From: an uncultured Alphaproteobacteria bacterium
GTDB taxonomy: Bacteria; Pseudomonadota; Alphaproteobacteria; RF32; CAG-239
Reading direction: 5' to 3'
NCBI GenBank assembly: GCA_944391715.1
Contig: CALXUP010000001.1
Coordinates: 100,676 to 164,675, forward strand
DNA: 64,000 bases
A program made the translations under genes and the position numbers. Below, piece after piece: positions 9,699 through 18,744 of the stretch (its first letter is position 1; every line of letters begins with the position of its first letter). Below the pieces are notes generated by a model. The model did no database searches, had not been told where the DNA came from, and saw only the letters and a list, made by a program, of their open reading frames with translations.

Positions 9699-10040
9699 CA
9701 GCGGCTTGAAGAGACGTTTGTTATGGAAAGTTTAAAGCTAACCTGTCGCTAAAATTCTTTTTTCTTATTATCTGACTTAGGCATCTAGGCGCGCTGCGGT
9801 TGCTAACGCTTTCCTTGCTTGCCAAGATGTTACAAAGAGCTTGCAGACAAAAACAACCGGAGCAGCGGTTGTTTTTGCTTAGCGCTTCTATCGCGTTTTT
9901 TACAGCGGCTTGAAAGGAGATTTAGTATGGAAATTTTTTAGGTGGCTAAGTTACGTACGTCTATACGCGCCTGTCGCCTTAAAGTTTTTTTCTTATTACC
10001 AGTCTCATTTTCTTTGTTTTTTACAGTGGCTTGAAGGAAG
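9699..10040. repeat. Degenerate tandem partial copies of the same element (R1 3' half, a second R2 module, then fragments of R1/R2), filling the convergent intergenic space.
   Basis: Recognisable blocks ttaggcatctaggcgcgctgcggttgctaacgc... and ggctaagttacgtacgtctatacgcgcctgtcgcc are shared with the other loci. Confidence 0.75.
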
Positions 10041-10044
10041 GTCG

Positions 10045-11412
10045 TTAACTTTCCAAAATGTTTAAGCTCTGGCTGGTTTTGGCGATATCGGTGGTTATTT
10101 TACGGGTTTCTTCAATATTATCAGCGTTTTCAAAGATATAGAGTGCATCGTGAAAATATTCCAAAGCTTCTTCCAGCAATGCTTTGTCTCCGGCGTTTTT
10201 GCCCAGGCGGTAATAGATTTCGCCGATGTGTTCCTGGCTTTTGGCCCATTCCATCGGTGCCCGCCGTTCGGTTATGACTTTTTGCTGGTTTTTATAGCTG
10301 GCAATGGCAAGTTCCGAGATTTCCTCGCTTTTGGTAAAGTTGCCGAGAAGGCCGAGCATATAGCCCAATTCGCCTTGGATTTGCGCCCAGAATTCCGGAA
10401 ACAAGGCAAGCGTATAAATTTTTTCCGCTTCCCGCAGTTGAAAAACGGCATCGCGCAAAGCCTGAATGTCTTCTTTATACAGCCAGTAGCTTAAAAACAA
10501 ATGGGATAATTTATAAGATATATAGCCGTAATCATACGGGTAATTATATTTGCTCAAATATCTTTGCGCCTGGCGGTAATAGTTAATGGCTTCCCGGAAA
10601 TGACGAGCCGATTGTTTGGGGATGTATTTGGTCGAGCAGTCATAGAGCTGTCCGAGGTGGTTGTAGATACAGCCGAGATGGATTGGTGCGGTTATCAAAT
10701 CCTGATGTTTCAGCGCCGTGTCGAAAAGGTTTTTTACGATTTTGAAGTCTTTGCCCTGGCCGCGGTCAAAACAATAACTGAGGTAAATGATACCCAGAAA
10801 GTTCATTATATAAGGCATATATTCGATGGAGAGGTTTTTGGCGGAATCGTCCTTTGAAAGAGAATTGATTATCCTTTTCAGCAAATATCTTTTTTGGATT
10901 TTCTTTTCTTTTGAAAAAGTATTGAGCGAGCTGACAACGGCGCCGTAAATCAAATTGCCGACGGCGGGCGGAATTTTGTTTCCGGAGGATAATAAATCAG
11001 CCGGGATGTATAAACTGTCCAAGAGTGAAACAAAAGCGCAGTCTTCGTTTTCATATTGTTTTTCGGTCTGAAAATTCAGACGGATCCTGCTGCCTTCGCG
11101 ATATCCCCAAATTAAAACGTCGGCCTGTGTCTTGTCCAAAATGGTTTGTCCCCGGTCAATCAGATCAAACAGTGTCCGGCTTTCCAGATTGAGAAAGGTT
11201 TTGGAGAAAGGTTCATCAAAATATGAGACTTCCAAACCGTCTTTGCCGCTTAACAGGCGTGCGATGACTTCACCGCTGTTGCTTTCTATATTTTCGGAAA
11301 ACTCAACGACGACGACCTTGAATTTTATCAAATCTATGGCATTGACCGCCAAATTCAGATTATCGGGGCGGGTATGAAAAATTTTATGAAAAAAATCGGT
11401 CAGCCGCATCAA
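10045..11412 (-). CDS. Hypothetical 455-aa protein with a TPR-like C-terminal half and an unrecognised N-terminal domain
   Basis: Long ORF with good coding texture and an ATGA start/stop overlap with the upstream gene. The C-terminal region is rich in helical repeats with Y/L/A periodicity (YYRQAQRYL, YYRLGKN). Confidence 0.6.
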   Translation of the reverse strand: MMRLTDFFHKIFHTRPDNLNLAVNAIDLIKFKVVVVEFSENIESNSGEVIARLLSGKDGLEVSYFDEPFSKTFLNLESRTLFDLIDRGQTILDKTQADVLIWGYREGSRIRLNFQTEKQYENEDCAFVSLLDSLYIPADLLSSGNKIPPAVGNLIYGAVVSSLNTFSKEKKIQKRYLLKRIINSLSKDDSAKNLSIEYMPYIMNFLGIIYLSYCFDRGQGKDFKIVKNLFDTALKHQDLITAPIHLGCIYNHLGQLYDCSTKYIPKQSARHFREAINYYRQAQRYLSKYNYPYDYGYISYKLSHLFLSYWLYKEDIQALRDAVFQLREAEKIYTLALFPEFWAQIQGELGYMLGLLGNFTKSEEISELAIASYKNQQKVITERRAPMEWAKSQEHIGEIYYRLGKNAGDKALLEEALEYFHDALYIFENADNIEETRKITTDIAKTSQSLNILES

Positions 11413-12503
11413 TTTCTTTTATCCTTATTTATATTGTCTTTAATGTCTTCAAAATTGCTTTTGATTTCGTTTATGACATTTCGGTTGATTTCGCGAAAAC
11501 TTTGATTAGCGGTTTGCCAGTGTTTCAGTTTGCTTAAATACCAGGCCGTGATTACGGCGCTTAATACCGGGATGGAATAGATATTCGGAGAATAGGCTTC
11601 GAAATATCCGAGAACAATCATGACAATTTCCAGGCGCAGAATGTTGTTGGCGATGTTATCGGGAGAAAGCCCGGAAATATTGGCCTGGAAATAAGCAGTG
11701 TTTGCCGTGATATCGGAATATTTGTCTCTTAAAGCCAGAGCTTGCAGTAAGGCCCAGGAAACTTCGATGATGAAAAACATATTGAAAATTATCAGACAGG
11801 GCGCTGCGCCTTCCGAGGCAGAGCGGAATATTAATCCGCCAAGCAAAAATCCCAGAGCCGTGCAGCCGGCGTCGGAAAGCTGCAAGCGGGCGGGATACCA
11901 GTTGAACAAGAGAAAGGCTCCCGTAACGGCAGCCAGAATCAGCGCCAGAGCGCCGAGCAGATGCGGAAGTGCAGCGGCCAGGGATAAGGTAAATATACCG
12001 AGTGCAACAGCAACCGTATGAAGACCGGCAACACTTTCGACCCCGTTTAAAAAACGGTACAAAAAGCTAAAAGCGAACCATAACAATACAGAGAGGAGCA
12101 GGCTTAACGGCGCCGGAATTTGAGGAAGCAACGGTTGGCTCTCCGGCATAAGGAAGGTCAAAACTGCCGTTCCGGACAGCACGGTCAGGGCGGCATATTT
12201 GGCTGAAAAACGTGAAGAAACATAAAAAATCAGAGCGGTTGCCGCGAGCAGAATCGGAAGTTCAAGCACGGAATATCCGCTGATAAAGTCATTGTCTTGT
12301 CTGAAAACAAATGCTGCAATCAGACCGAAAACGGCGAAAAAAACAAAAATAACGGCAAAAGGCGGAATTTGCCGTTCAAGCCGGGAAATTCTCTGTTGGT
12401 TCAGGACATAAAAACCGGCAAAGCTTAAGAAAAAGCTTGCAACAGCACAAATTGTCAAGAATGTATTGTCAAAATTCATTGCCTGTTTTCTCCGGTTTTC
12501 CAA
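11409..12503 (-). CDS. GT4-family (MraY/WecA-like) polyprenyl-phosphate sugar-phosphate transferase homolog. It is divergent, with an eroded catalytic motif.
   Basis: Multi-TM protein. LFNWYPARLQLSDAGCTALGFLLGG matches the MraY/WecA block FNxNPAKxFMGDxGSxxxGF. The upstream DGxDGL block is replaced by VESVAGL. Confidence 0.6.
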   Translation of the reverse strand: MENRRKQAMNFDNTFLTICAVASFFLSFAGFYVLNQQRISRLERQIPPFAVIFVFFAVFGLIAAFVFRQDNDFISGYSVLELPILLAATALIFYVSSRFSAKYAALTVLSGTAVLTFLMPESQPLLPQIPAPLSLLLSVLLWFAFSFLYRFLNGVESVAGLHTVAVALGIFTLSLAAALPHLLGALALILAAVTGAFLLFNWYPARLQLSDAGCTALGFLLGGLIFRSASEGAAPCLIIFNMFFIIEVSWALLQALALRDKYSDITANTAYFQANISGLSPDNIANNILRLEIVMIVLGYFEAYSPNIYSIPVLSAVITAWYLSKLKHWQTANQSFREINRNVINEIKSNFEDIKDNINKDKRN

Positions 12504-12548
12504 ACTATTGTAGTCGATTAATTTATTTGTTCAATAATCAATGTATTT

Positions 12549-13457
12549 TTATGCGGAGATATCTTTGGGAAGGATTTTTTTCAATGCCGGGATTGCAATA
12601 TCGTGGCGGCGGGCAAAATCCGAAACGGCCATATTGATGTTGTTGATTTCCCGGCGGGACGAATCTCCCGGCGTTTGAGTGTCATAAACATAATTTATCG
12701 GCGTGTTATATATTTTTTTTAATATTTCGGCGTTATCCAAAGAGACATTTTCGGCGGCGGCCAGGGAGCATATTTCATTGACGGCGTCTTCAATGTTGTT
12801 TTGTTTTTCTTTGTTCTTCAGTATGTTGAATATGCTTTGGCGGTAAAAGGCGGAAGCCAGGGCCGAGACGGCGTAGACCGAAAAAGCCTGCCAAAATACC
12901 TGGTTTTTGTCTTCGCAGGTTTGGCAGAGAATCTCGGAACTATGAAAATAACTTAATGCTTTCAGGGAATATTCCAGAGTGTTAAACGGTTTGGAAAGGG
13001 TAATCTGCGGTTCTCCGCCGAGAATGAAAATCTGGTTGTCTTTTGAGAGCAGCCAGCCGTCAAAATATGCCCGAATCGTACTGTGCCGCAACAGGCTTTC
13101 GATAATTCTGAAATCGGGGAGCATTGAAAATACAACAACCGGCGCATTTGAAAAATGAGATGACGAAAGCAGCATCAGTTCGGATTTTAAGTTGCGGCTT
13201 TGGGAGGTGATTATCAGCATTTTGGCTTTTTCGGAGGAATAATGCCGGCAGGGAACGTTTGTTTTTTGTTTTTTCAGGCTGTGTTCTTCCCGCAGGCTGA
13301 TTTCAATTTCGGAATCGCAGCTGTTTCGCGGCGCGATTATAACGGCATTTTCTCCTTTGGCGATGAATTTGGCGGCAAGATATCTGCCGAGAGGCGTGTT
13401 GCCGAGGATATATATCGGTGGTTTTGATACGGATGTTGTTTCTTGAGGTACGGGCAT
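12549..13457 (-). CDS. Ketopantoate reductase (PanE/ApbA) family protein, divergent
   Basis: C-terminal block SSRREINNINMAVSDFARRHDIAIPALKKIL aligns with the ApbA_C motif RRTEIDYINGYVVRLGRRHGVATPVNRAL. The N-terminal Rossmann glycine loop is degenerate (IYILGNTPLGRYLAA). Confidence 0.5.
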   Translation of the reverse strand: MPVPQETTSVSKPPIYILGNTPLGRYLAAKFIAKGENAVIIAPRNSCDSEIEISLREEHSLKKQKTNVPCRHYSSEKAKMLIITSQSRNLKSELMLLSSSHFSNAPVVVFSMLPDFRIIESLLRHSTIRAYFDGWLLSKDNQIFILGGEPQITLSKPFNTLEYSLKALSYFHSSEILCQTCEDKNQVFWQAFSVYAVSALASAFYRQSIFNILKNKEKQNNIEDAVNEICSLAAAENVSLDNAEILKKIYNTPINYVYDTQTPGDSSRREINNINMAVSDFARRHDIAIPALKKILPKDISA

Positions 13458-13460
13458 GGT

Positions 13461-14756
13461 TTATTTTGTCCTTTGCATTTTGGCAATGAAGAAAGAATCG
13501 GCTCCTCCGTAAGACTGCAAATGATACGGAAACGTGCGGATAAAGCCTTCGGCGGTAAATATTTCAGCAGGCATTGTACCGGAAAAATCGTTTGGCGACA
13601 ACGGAAACAGCCGGAATTCGGAATTGTTTTGCAGAAAAGCGGTTATTTGCCGTTCTCCTTCCTCTTTGGCAATGGAACAGGTGCAATATGTCAATTCTCC
13701 GCCGGGGCGCAGAACCCAGGTCGTTCGGTTGAGGATTTCTTTTTGCAGACCGGCCATTTTTTCAATATCCCGGGTATTTTTGATATGAACGATTTCCGGA
13801 TGGCGACGCAAGGTTCCGGTTGCCGAACAGGGGGCATCAAGCAAAACGGCGTCGTAACGGTCAGACGTTTCTTCCAGATATTTTGCGGCATCGGCACAAA
13901 TAATCCGCGGGGCCGGCAAGTTTAGACGACGGATGTTTTCAGCCAGTCTTTTCAAACGTTCCTCCGAAATGTCAAGCGAAACGACTTCCGCACCGGCAGC
14001 CAGAAGCTGGGCGGTTTTTCCGCCGGGTGCCGCACAAAGGTCCAAAATCTTTTTTCCGGCCGGGGCGCTTATGGTTTTGGCGGCGAGAGAGGCCGAGAAA
14101 TCCTGAACCCACCATTCGCCTTCCTTATAACCGGGAAGTTTTTCTATTTTTCCGTTGTTTTCCAGGCGGACGGAACCGTTCGGCAACAGTATTCCGTTTA
14201 ATTTTTTTGCCCACTCCGCCGCGTTTTCTTTGATCGTCAAATCAAGAGGCGGTTCATTCAGTGAGGCGGCTTCGATTAACGCCGTTTGTTTTTCGCCGTA
14301 GTCTTTTTCCAGGAGTTTTCGGAAACCGTCGGGAAAAAATATGCCGTTATCCGCTTTCAGGAGTTCTTCTTTGGCGGCGGCAATTTTGCGTAAAACGGCA
14401 TTGGCAAAACCGGCGACGTATTTGTCGTTTTGCTTTTTTATCAGGTTGACATAGCTGTTGAGTACGGCGTAATCAGGCGTATCAAGAAAAAGGATTTCGG
14501 CGGCGGCCAAAATCAGCGCATAACGGGCAAAGGCGTGTTTGGCCGGGAGTTTTTTGGCGGCAAAAGTCGAAATGACTTTTTGCAAGAAGACCAACCGGCG
14601 CAAAGCAGTGAGCACCAGCATATTTAAAAAAGCCGTATTTTGCTGTTCGGCAGGAGAAGAAATGTTTTTTATCTCGCTGAAAAAACAATGTTTTTCCAAT
14701 ATGTCCTGCAAGGTTTCGGCAGCCTGTTGACGCGGATCGATCATCCTTTTTTCCAA
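13461..14756 (-). CDS. rsmB: 16S rRNA m5C967 methyltransferase RsmB (Sun)
   Basis: NusB-like N-terminal domain and the SAM-binding motif DLCAAPGGKT, with catalytic cysteines in the PCS/TCS context (DAPCSATG, YCTCS). Confidence 0.9.
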   Translation of the reverse strand: MEKRMIDPRQQAAETLQDILEKHCFFSEIKNISSPAEQQNTAFLNMLVLTALRRLVFLQKVISTFAAKKLPAKHAFARYALILAAAEILFLDTPDYAVLNSYVNLIKKQNDKYVAGFANAVLRKIAAAKEELLKADNGIFFPDGFRKLLEKDYGEKQTALIEAASLNEPPLDLTIKENAAEWAKKLNGILLPNGSVRLENNGKIEKLPGYKEGEWWVQDFSASLAAKTISAPAGKKILDLCAAPGGKTAQLLAAGAEVVSLDISEERLKRLAENIRRLNLPAPRIICADAAKYLEETSDRYDAVLLDAPCSATGTLRRHPEIVHIKNTRDIEKMAGLQKEILNRTTWVLRPGGELTYCTCSIAKEEGERQITAFLQNNSEFRLFPLSPNDFSGTMPAEIFTAEGFIRTFPYHLQSYGGADSFFIAKMQRTK

Positions 14757-14890
14757 TATGTTTCGTTTTGTCGGTATTTTAGCGGATTGCCGCGGAAATA
14801 CAAGTGTGAAATTTTTATTTTGGACTCTTGTTTTTTGGATGATTTTATTATAACCTGAGCAAAGCTTTGTTTTTTTAAGGAATAGGACAG

Positions 14891-15325
14891 ATGAAAAAAA
14901 CGCTTTTGACTTTGTTGGCGGTTGTTGTTATGACCGGCGGCTGCTCGTATTTTTCGTGGATGAATCCCTGGGCTGACGATAAAAAACCGGAAAAGGTTAA
15001 CGAATTACCGGTAAATGAATTTTTATGGCAGGCTGCTTTGGACCGGATGAGTTTTACACCTTTAAAAACAAGGAATCCGGGAAAAGGGCTGATTGTAACA
15101 GACTGGTTCAGAATGGAAGGGTATCCGCGGGAGTTGTTTATGGTCAAAGTTCAGGTGTTGACCAAGGAACTGCGCAGCGACGGCGTTAAAGTCAGCGTCG
15201 AGAAAAGAGTGTTGCGCGACGGGAAATGGTATGACGAAGAGGCCGGCAGCCGACTGCAAAGCGGAATGGAAAACAGAATCCTCCTGAAAGCAAGGGAGTT
15301 ATACAGAGCAAGTTTATATAAATAA
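14891..15325 (+). CDS. DUF3576-like lipoprotein
   Basis: Signal peptide plus lipobox (LAVVVMTGGC). A small protein immediately upstream of leuS, the conserved position of DUF3576 lipoproteins in alphaproteobacteria. Confidence 0.65.
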   Translation: MKKTLLTLLAVVVMTGGCSYFSWMNPWADDKKPEKVNELPVNEFLWQAALDRMSFTPLKTRNPGKGLIVTDWFRMEGYPRELFMVKVQVLTKELRSDGVKVSVEKRVLRDGKWYDEEAGSRLQSGMENRILLKARELYRASLYK

Positions 15326-15356
15326 AAATTTTGAAAAACAGAATTGAGAACAAAAA

Positions 15357-17834
15357 ATGACTGACAGATATAATGGAAAAGGCTCATTTGAGGAATGGGC
15401 AAAAGAATGGGAAACGGAAGACCGCTATAATTTTAAAAAAATTGAAAAAAAGTGGCAGAGCATCTGGGATGAAAACAAGGCTTATAAGGTAGAAATCGAC
15501 AAGAATAAGGAAAAATATTATGTTCTGGTCGAATTTCCTTATCCGTCCGGCGCCGGTCTGCATGTGGGACATCCTCGCTCTTATACGGCATTGGATGTGG
15601 TAGCGCGCAAAAAGAGAATGCAGGGTTTTAACGTTTTGTATCCGATGGGCTTTGATGCTTTCGGTCTGCCGGCGGAGAATTATGCGATTAAAACCGGCGT
15701 TCATCCGGCAGTTTCCACTAAAGCCAATATTGAAAACTTTACCCGCCAGCTGAAGTCAATCGGATTCAGCTTTGACTGGGACAGAGCTTTTAATACCTGT
15801 GATCCGGAATATTATAAGTGGACGCAGTGGATGTTTATCAAACTTTTTGAAAAAGGTTTGGCATATAAAGACAAAATGGCAATCAACTGGTGCCCGTCCT
15901 GCAAAGTCGGTCTGGCTAATGAAGAGGTTGTCAACGGCTGCTGCGAACGTTGCGGTGCGCAGGTTGTTCGTAAGGACAAAGAGCAGTGGATGGTGGCAAT
16001 TACCAAATATGCCGACCGTTTGATTAACGATTTGGATGATTTGGATTTTATTGACCGGGTTAAAGCACAGCAGATTAACTGGATCGGGCGTTCGGAAGGT
16101 GCCGAGCTGGATTTTGATTTGGTTGACGTTCACGGTAATTCTTTGGACGGAAGAAAGCTTAAAGTCTTTACAACGCGTCCGGATACGGCCTTTGGCGTGA
16201 CTTATATGGTTATGGCGCCGGAGCATGCCTTTGTATCCGAGCTGATGCCGCAATTTGAAAATCCGGAAGAAATCAGAGCTTATGTGGCGGAAACGGCCAA
16301 AAAGTCTGATTTGCAGAGAACGATGGATGACAGCAAAACAGGTGTTGAACTGAAAGGGATTAAAGCAAAGAATCCGTTTAACGGAACGTTGATTCCGGTA
16401 TTTATTTCCGATTATGTGCTGACCGGTTACGGTACCGGCGCAATTATGGCGGTGCCGGCTCATGACCAACGCGACTATGATTTTGCCAAGGCTTTTAATC
16501 TGCCGATTATTCAGGTTCTGGCCGGCGGCGATATTGCCGAAAAGGCTTGGGAAGAAGACGGTGCACATATTAATTCCGGCTTTATGGACGGCATGAATAA
16601 AGATGAGGCGATGAAGGCTGCAATTGCTTTTGCCGAAAAGAACGGTTTTGGCAAATCGAAGGTTAATTTCAAACTGCGTGACTGGGTATTTTCACGTCAG
16701 CGTTATTGGGGCGAGCCTATTCCGATGGTCTATTGCGAGCATTGCGGCTGGCAGCCGGTTCCGGAAGACCAGCTCCCTCTGACTTTGCCGGAAGTTCCAG
16801 ATTATCTGCCGAATGATAACGGCGACTCTCCTTTGGCAAAGGCCACCGACTGGGTTAATACAACTTGTCCGAAATGCGGAGCTCCGGCACGCAGAGAGAC
16901 CGATGTTATGCCAAACTGGGCGGGTTCGTCATGGTATTTTCTGCGTTATTGTGATCCGCACAATGACAAAGAGTTTGCCTCTAAAGAAGCGTTGGATTAC
17001 TGGATGAATGTCGATTGGTATAACGGTGGTATGGAGCATACGACTTTACACCTGCTTTATTCGCGTTTTTGGCATAAGTTTTTGTATGACTGCGGTTATG
17101 TGCCGACCAAAGAACCCTATCAGCGCCGGACGTCGCATGGTATGATTTTGGCTGAGAACGGCGAGAAAATGTCAAAATCGCGCGGTAATGTGATTAATCC
17201 CGATGATATTGTTAATAATTACGGGGCAGACAGCTTCCGTCTGTATGAGATGTTTATCGGGCCGTTTGACCAGGTGGCAATGTGGTCCGATGACAGTCTG
17301 AACGGTGTATACCGTTTTGTCGGCAAGGTGTATAACCTGTTTAAGAAGGTTAATAAAAGTGCCAAGCCCTCGGCTAAAGATATTCAGATGATGCACAAGA
17401 CCATTCTTGAAGTTACCGAAAGAATTGATCAGATGAAGTTTAACACGGCGGTTTCTTCTTTGATGACCTATGTAAACCATTTGTCTTCTTTGGATGAGAT
17501 TGCTCCGGAGCTTTATGAAAATCTGCTGCTTTTGATGTGTCCGTTTACGCCGCATCTGGCAGAGGAAATGTGGGCAAGAATGGGGCATACGTCATTGATT
17601 ATTACGGAGCCCTGGCCGAAAGGCGATGCCAAACTGGCTGAGGAAAATACCGTTACTTATGCCGTTCAGATTTGCGGCAAAATGCGCGGTACAATCGATT
17701 TGCCGAAAGACGCACCGCGCGAAGAGGTTGAAAAAGCCGCATTATCGCTTGAAAATGTTAAGCGGCAGTTGGAAGGCAAAGAGGTTAAAAAGGTTATTGT
17801 GGTGCCTAATAAAATCATCAACCTTGTTGCGTAA
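15357..17834 (+). CDS. leuS: Leucyl-tRNA synthetase
   Basis: HIGH motif (HVGHPRSYT), KMSKS motif (KMSKSRGN), class I editing-domain context and leuS-lptE-holA synteny. Confidence 0.95.
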   Translation: MTDRYNGKGSFEEWAKEWETEDRYNFKKIEKKWQSIWDENKAYKVEIDKNKEKYYVLVEFPYPSGAGLHVGHPRSYTALDVVARKKRMQGFNVLYPMGFDAFGLPAENYAIKTGVHPAVSTKANIENFTRQLKSIGFSFDWDRAFNTCDPEYYKWTQWMFIKLFEKGLAYKDKMAINWCPSCKVGLANEEVVNGCCERCGAQVVRKDKEQWMVAITKYADRLINDLDDLDFIDRVKAQQINWIGRSEGAELDFDLVDVHGNSLDGRKLKVFTTRPDTAFGVTYMVMAPEHAFVSELMPQFENPEEIRAYVAETAKKSDLQRTMDDSKTGVELKGIKAKNPFNGTLIPVFISDYVLTGYGTGAIMAVPAHDQRDYDFAKAFNLPIIQVLAGGDIAEKAWEEDGAHINSGFMDGMNKDEAMKAAIAFAEKNGFGKSKVNFKLRDWVFSRQRYWGEPIPMVYCEHCGWQPVPEDQLPLTLPEVPDYLPNDNGDSPLAKATDWVNTTCPKCGAPARRETDVMPNWAGSSWYFLRYCDPHNDKEFASKEALDYWMNVDWYNGGMEHTTLHLLYSRFWHKFLYDCGYVPTKEPYQRRTSHGMILAENGEKMSKSRGNVINPDDIVNNYGADSFRLYEMFIGPFDQVAMWSDDSLNGVYRFVGKVYNLFKKVNKSAKPSAKDIQMMHKTILEVTERIDQMKFNTAVSSLMTYVNHLSSLDEIAPELYENLLLLMCPFTPHLAEEMWARMGHTSLIITEPWPKGDAKLAEENTVTYAVQICGKMRGTIDLPKDAPREEVEKAALSLENVKRQLEGKEVKKVIVVPNKIINLVA

Positions 17835-18064
17835 AAACTGCGCAATACGGACGCCTAATACAGAAAAGGAAAATCCGGCTAAGTTACGTACGTCTATGTA
17901 CGCGCCTGTCGCCGGATTTTCCTTTTCTTATTATCCGTCTTAGGTATCTAGGCGCGCTGCGGTTGCTAACGCTTTCCTAGCTTGCCAAGATGTTCCAAAG
18001 AGCTTGCAGACAAAAACAACCGGAGTAGCGGTTGTTTTTGCTTAGCGCTTCTATCGCAGTTTTT
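17832..18064. mobile_element. Complete MITE-like palindromic element, long form. Its first TAA is the leuS stop codon. The right TIR variant is CGCAGTTTTTG.
   Basis: About 98% identical over ~230 bp to 9465..9698. The same TIR and internal hairpins are read directly. Confidence 0.8.
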
Positions 18065-18195
18065 GCAGCGGCCTGAAGGGGCTTTGTTATTGCAGATGTT
18101 TTTCTTATTTGTGGGCTTTTCCGTAAAAAATTATGGACTTGTGGCGGAAATGCGGTTAAATTTGCTGTAAGTTAATTTTTTATAAAAGGACGAAT

Positions 18196-18744
18196 ATGAA
18201 AAAAGCAATCGGCGGGTTTTTGGCGTTATTTTGTATATCAGCCTGTGGTTTTGAGCCTCTGTATGCGCAGAGAGAAGATCCTTCGGGATGGTATTTCAGC
18301 GGAAATTTTGATACTTCAGTAACATCTGAAATGGCTAAAGTTAAAGTCGAGCCGATTGCCGATCGTTTTGGTCAGGAAATCAGAAACGAGCTTTTGGATT
18401 TGATTACGCCGAGAGGAATGCCTAAAAATCCGCAATATCGGCTGTTTGTAACCCTCCAGGATGAAGAAATCACGCAACAGGCGTTGCGTCGGGATATTAC
18501 GGCGACCCGCGAACGTGTTCGTTATTCCGTAAGATATGAACTGGTTTCGACAACAAGTAATGAAACGCTGGTAAACGGGGACAGTGTGTCTTTTGTGAGT
18601 TATGATATTTTAGCGAACCCTTATTCGACGACCATGGCGAAGAAAAAGACGCAGTCAGATGCGGCAAAAATTATTGCAAATGACATAGTTTTGCGGTTGG
18701 GTGCTTATTTTCACCGTGAAATGGGAATGCGGGGGAACTATTAG
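18196..18744 (+). CDS. lptE: LPS-assembly lipoprotein LptE (RlpB)
   Basis: Lipobox (LFCISAC), ~180 aa, and the conserved position between leuS and holA. Confidence 0.75.
   Translation: MKKAIGGFLALFCISACGFEPLYAQREDPSGWYFSGNFDTSVTSEMAKVKVEPIADRFGQEIRNELLDLITPRGMPKNPQYRLFVTLQDEEITQQALRRDITATRERVRYSVRYELVSTTSNETLVNGDSVSFVSYDILANPYSTTMAKKKTQSDAAKIIANDIVLRLGAYFHREMGMRGNY

Noticed and set aside
9465-10040. Could the repeat arrays be CRISPR?
   Set aside because: There are no short, regularly spaced identical repeats separated by unique spacers. The units are 100-250 bp, internally palindromic and degenerate, and no cas genes are nearby.
15756-16568. 270-aa minus-strand ORF inside leuS
   Set aside because: Antisense to leuS; no motifs. 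A long antisense ORF is not unexpected within a long coding region.
17626-17943. 105-aa ORF running from the end of leuS into the repeat. The similar ORFs 47284..47520, 47540..47725, 52910..53146 and 53064..53312 share the peptide segments IQKREIRLSYVRLCTRL and YTPVAGFSFSYYPS.
   Set aside because: These ORFs are created by the MITE-like repeat sequence itself. Their shared peptide identity reflects DNA repeat identity, the frames differ between copies, and they have no RBS. Spurious.
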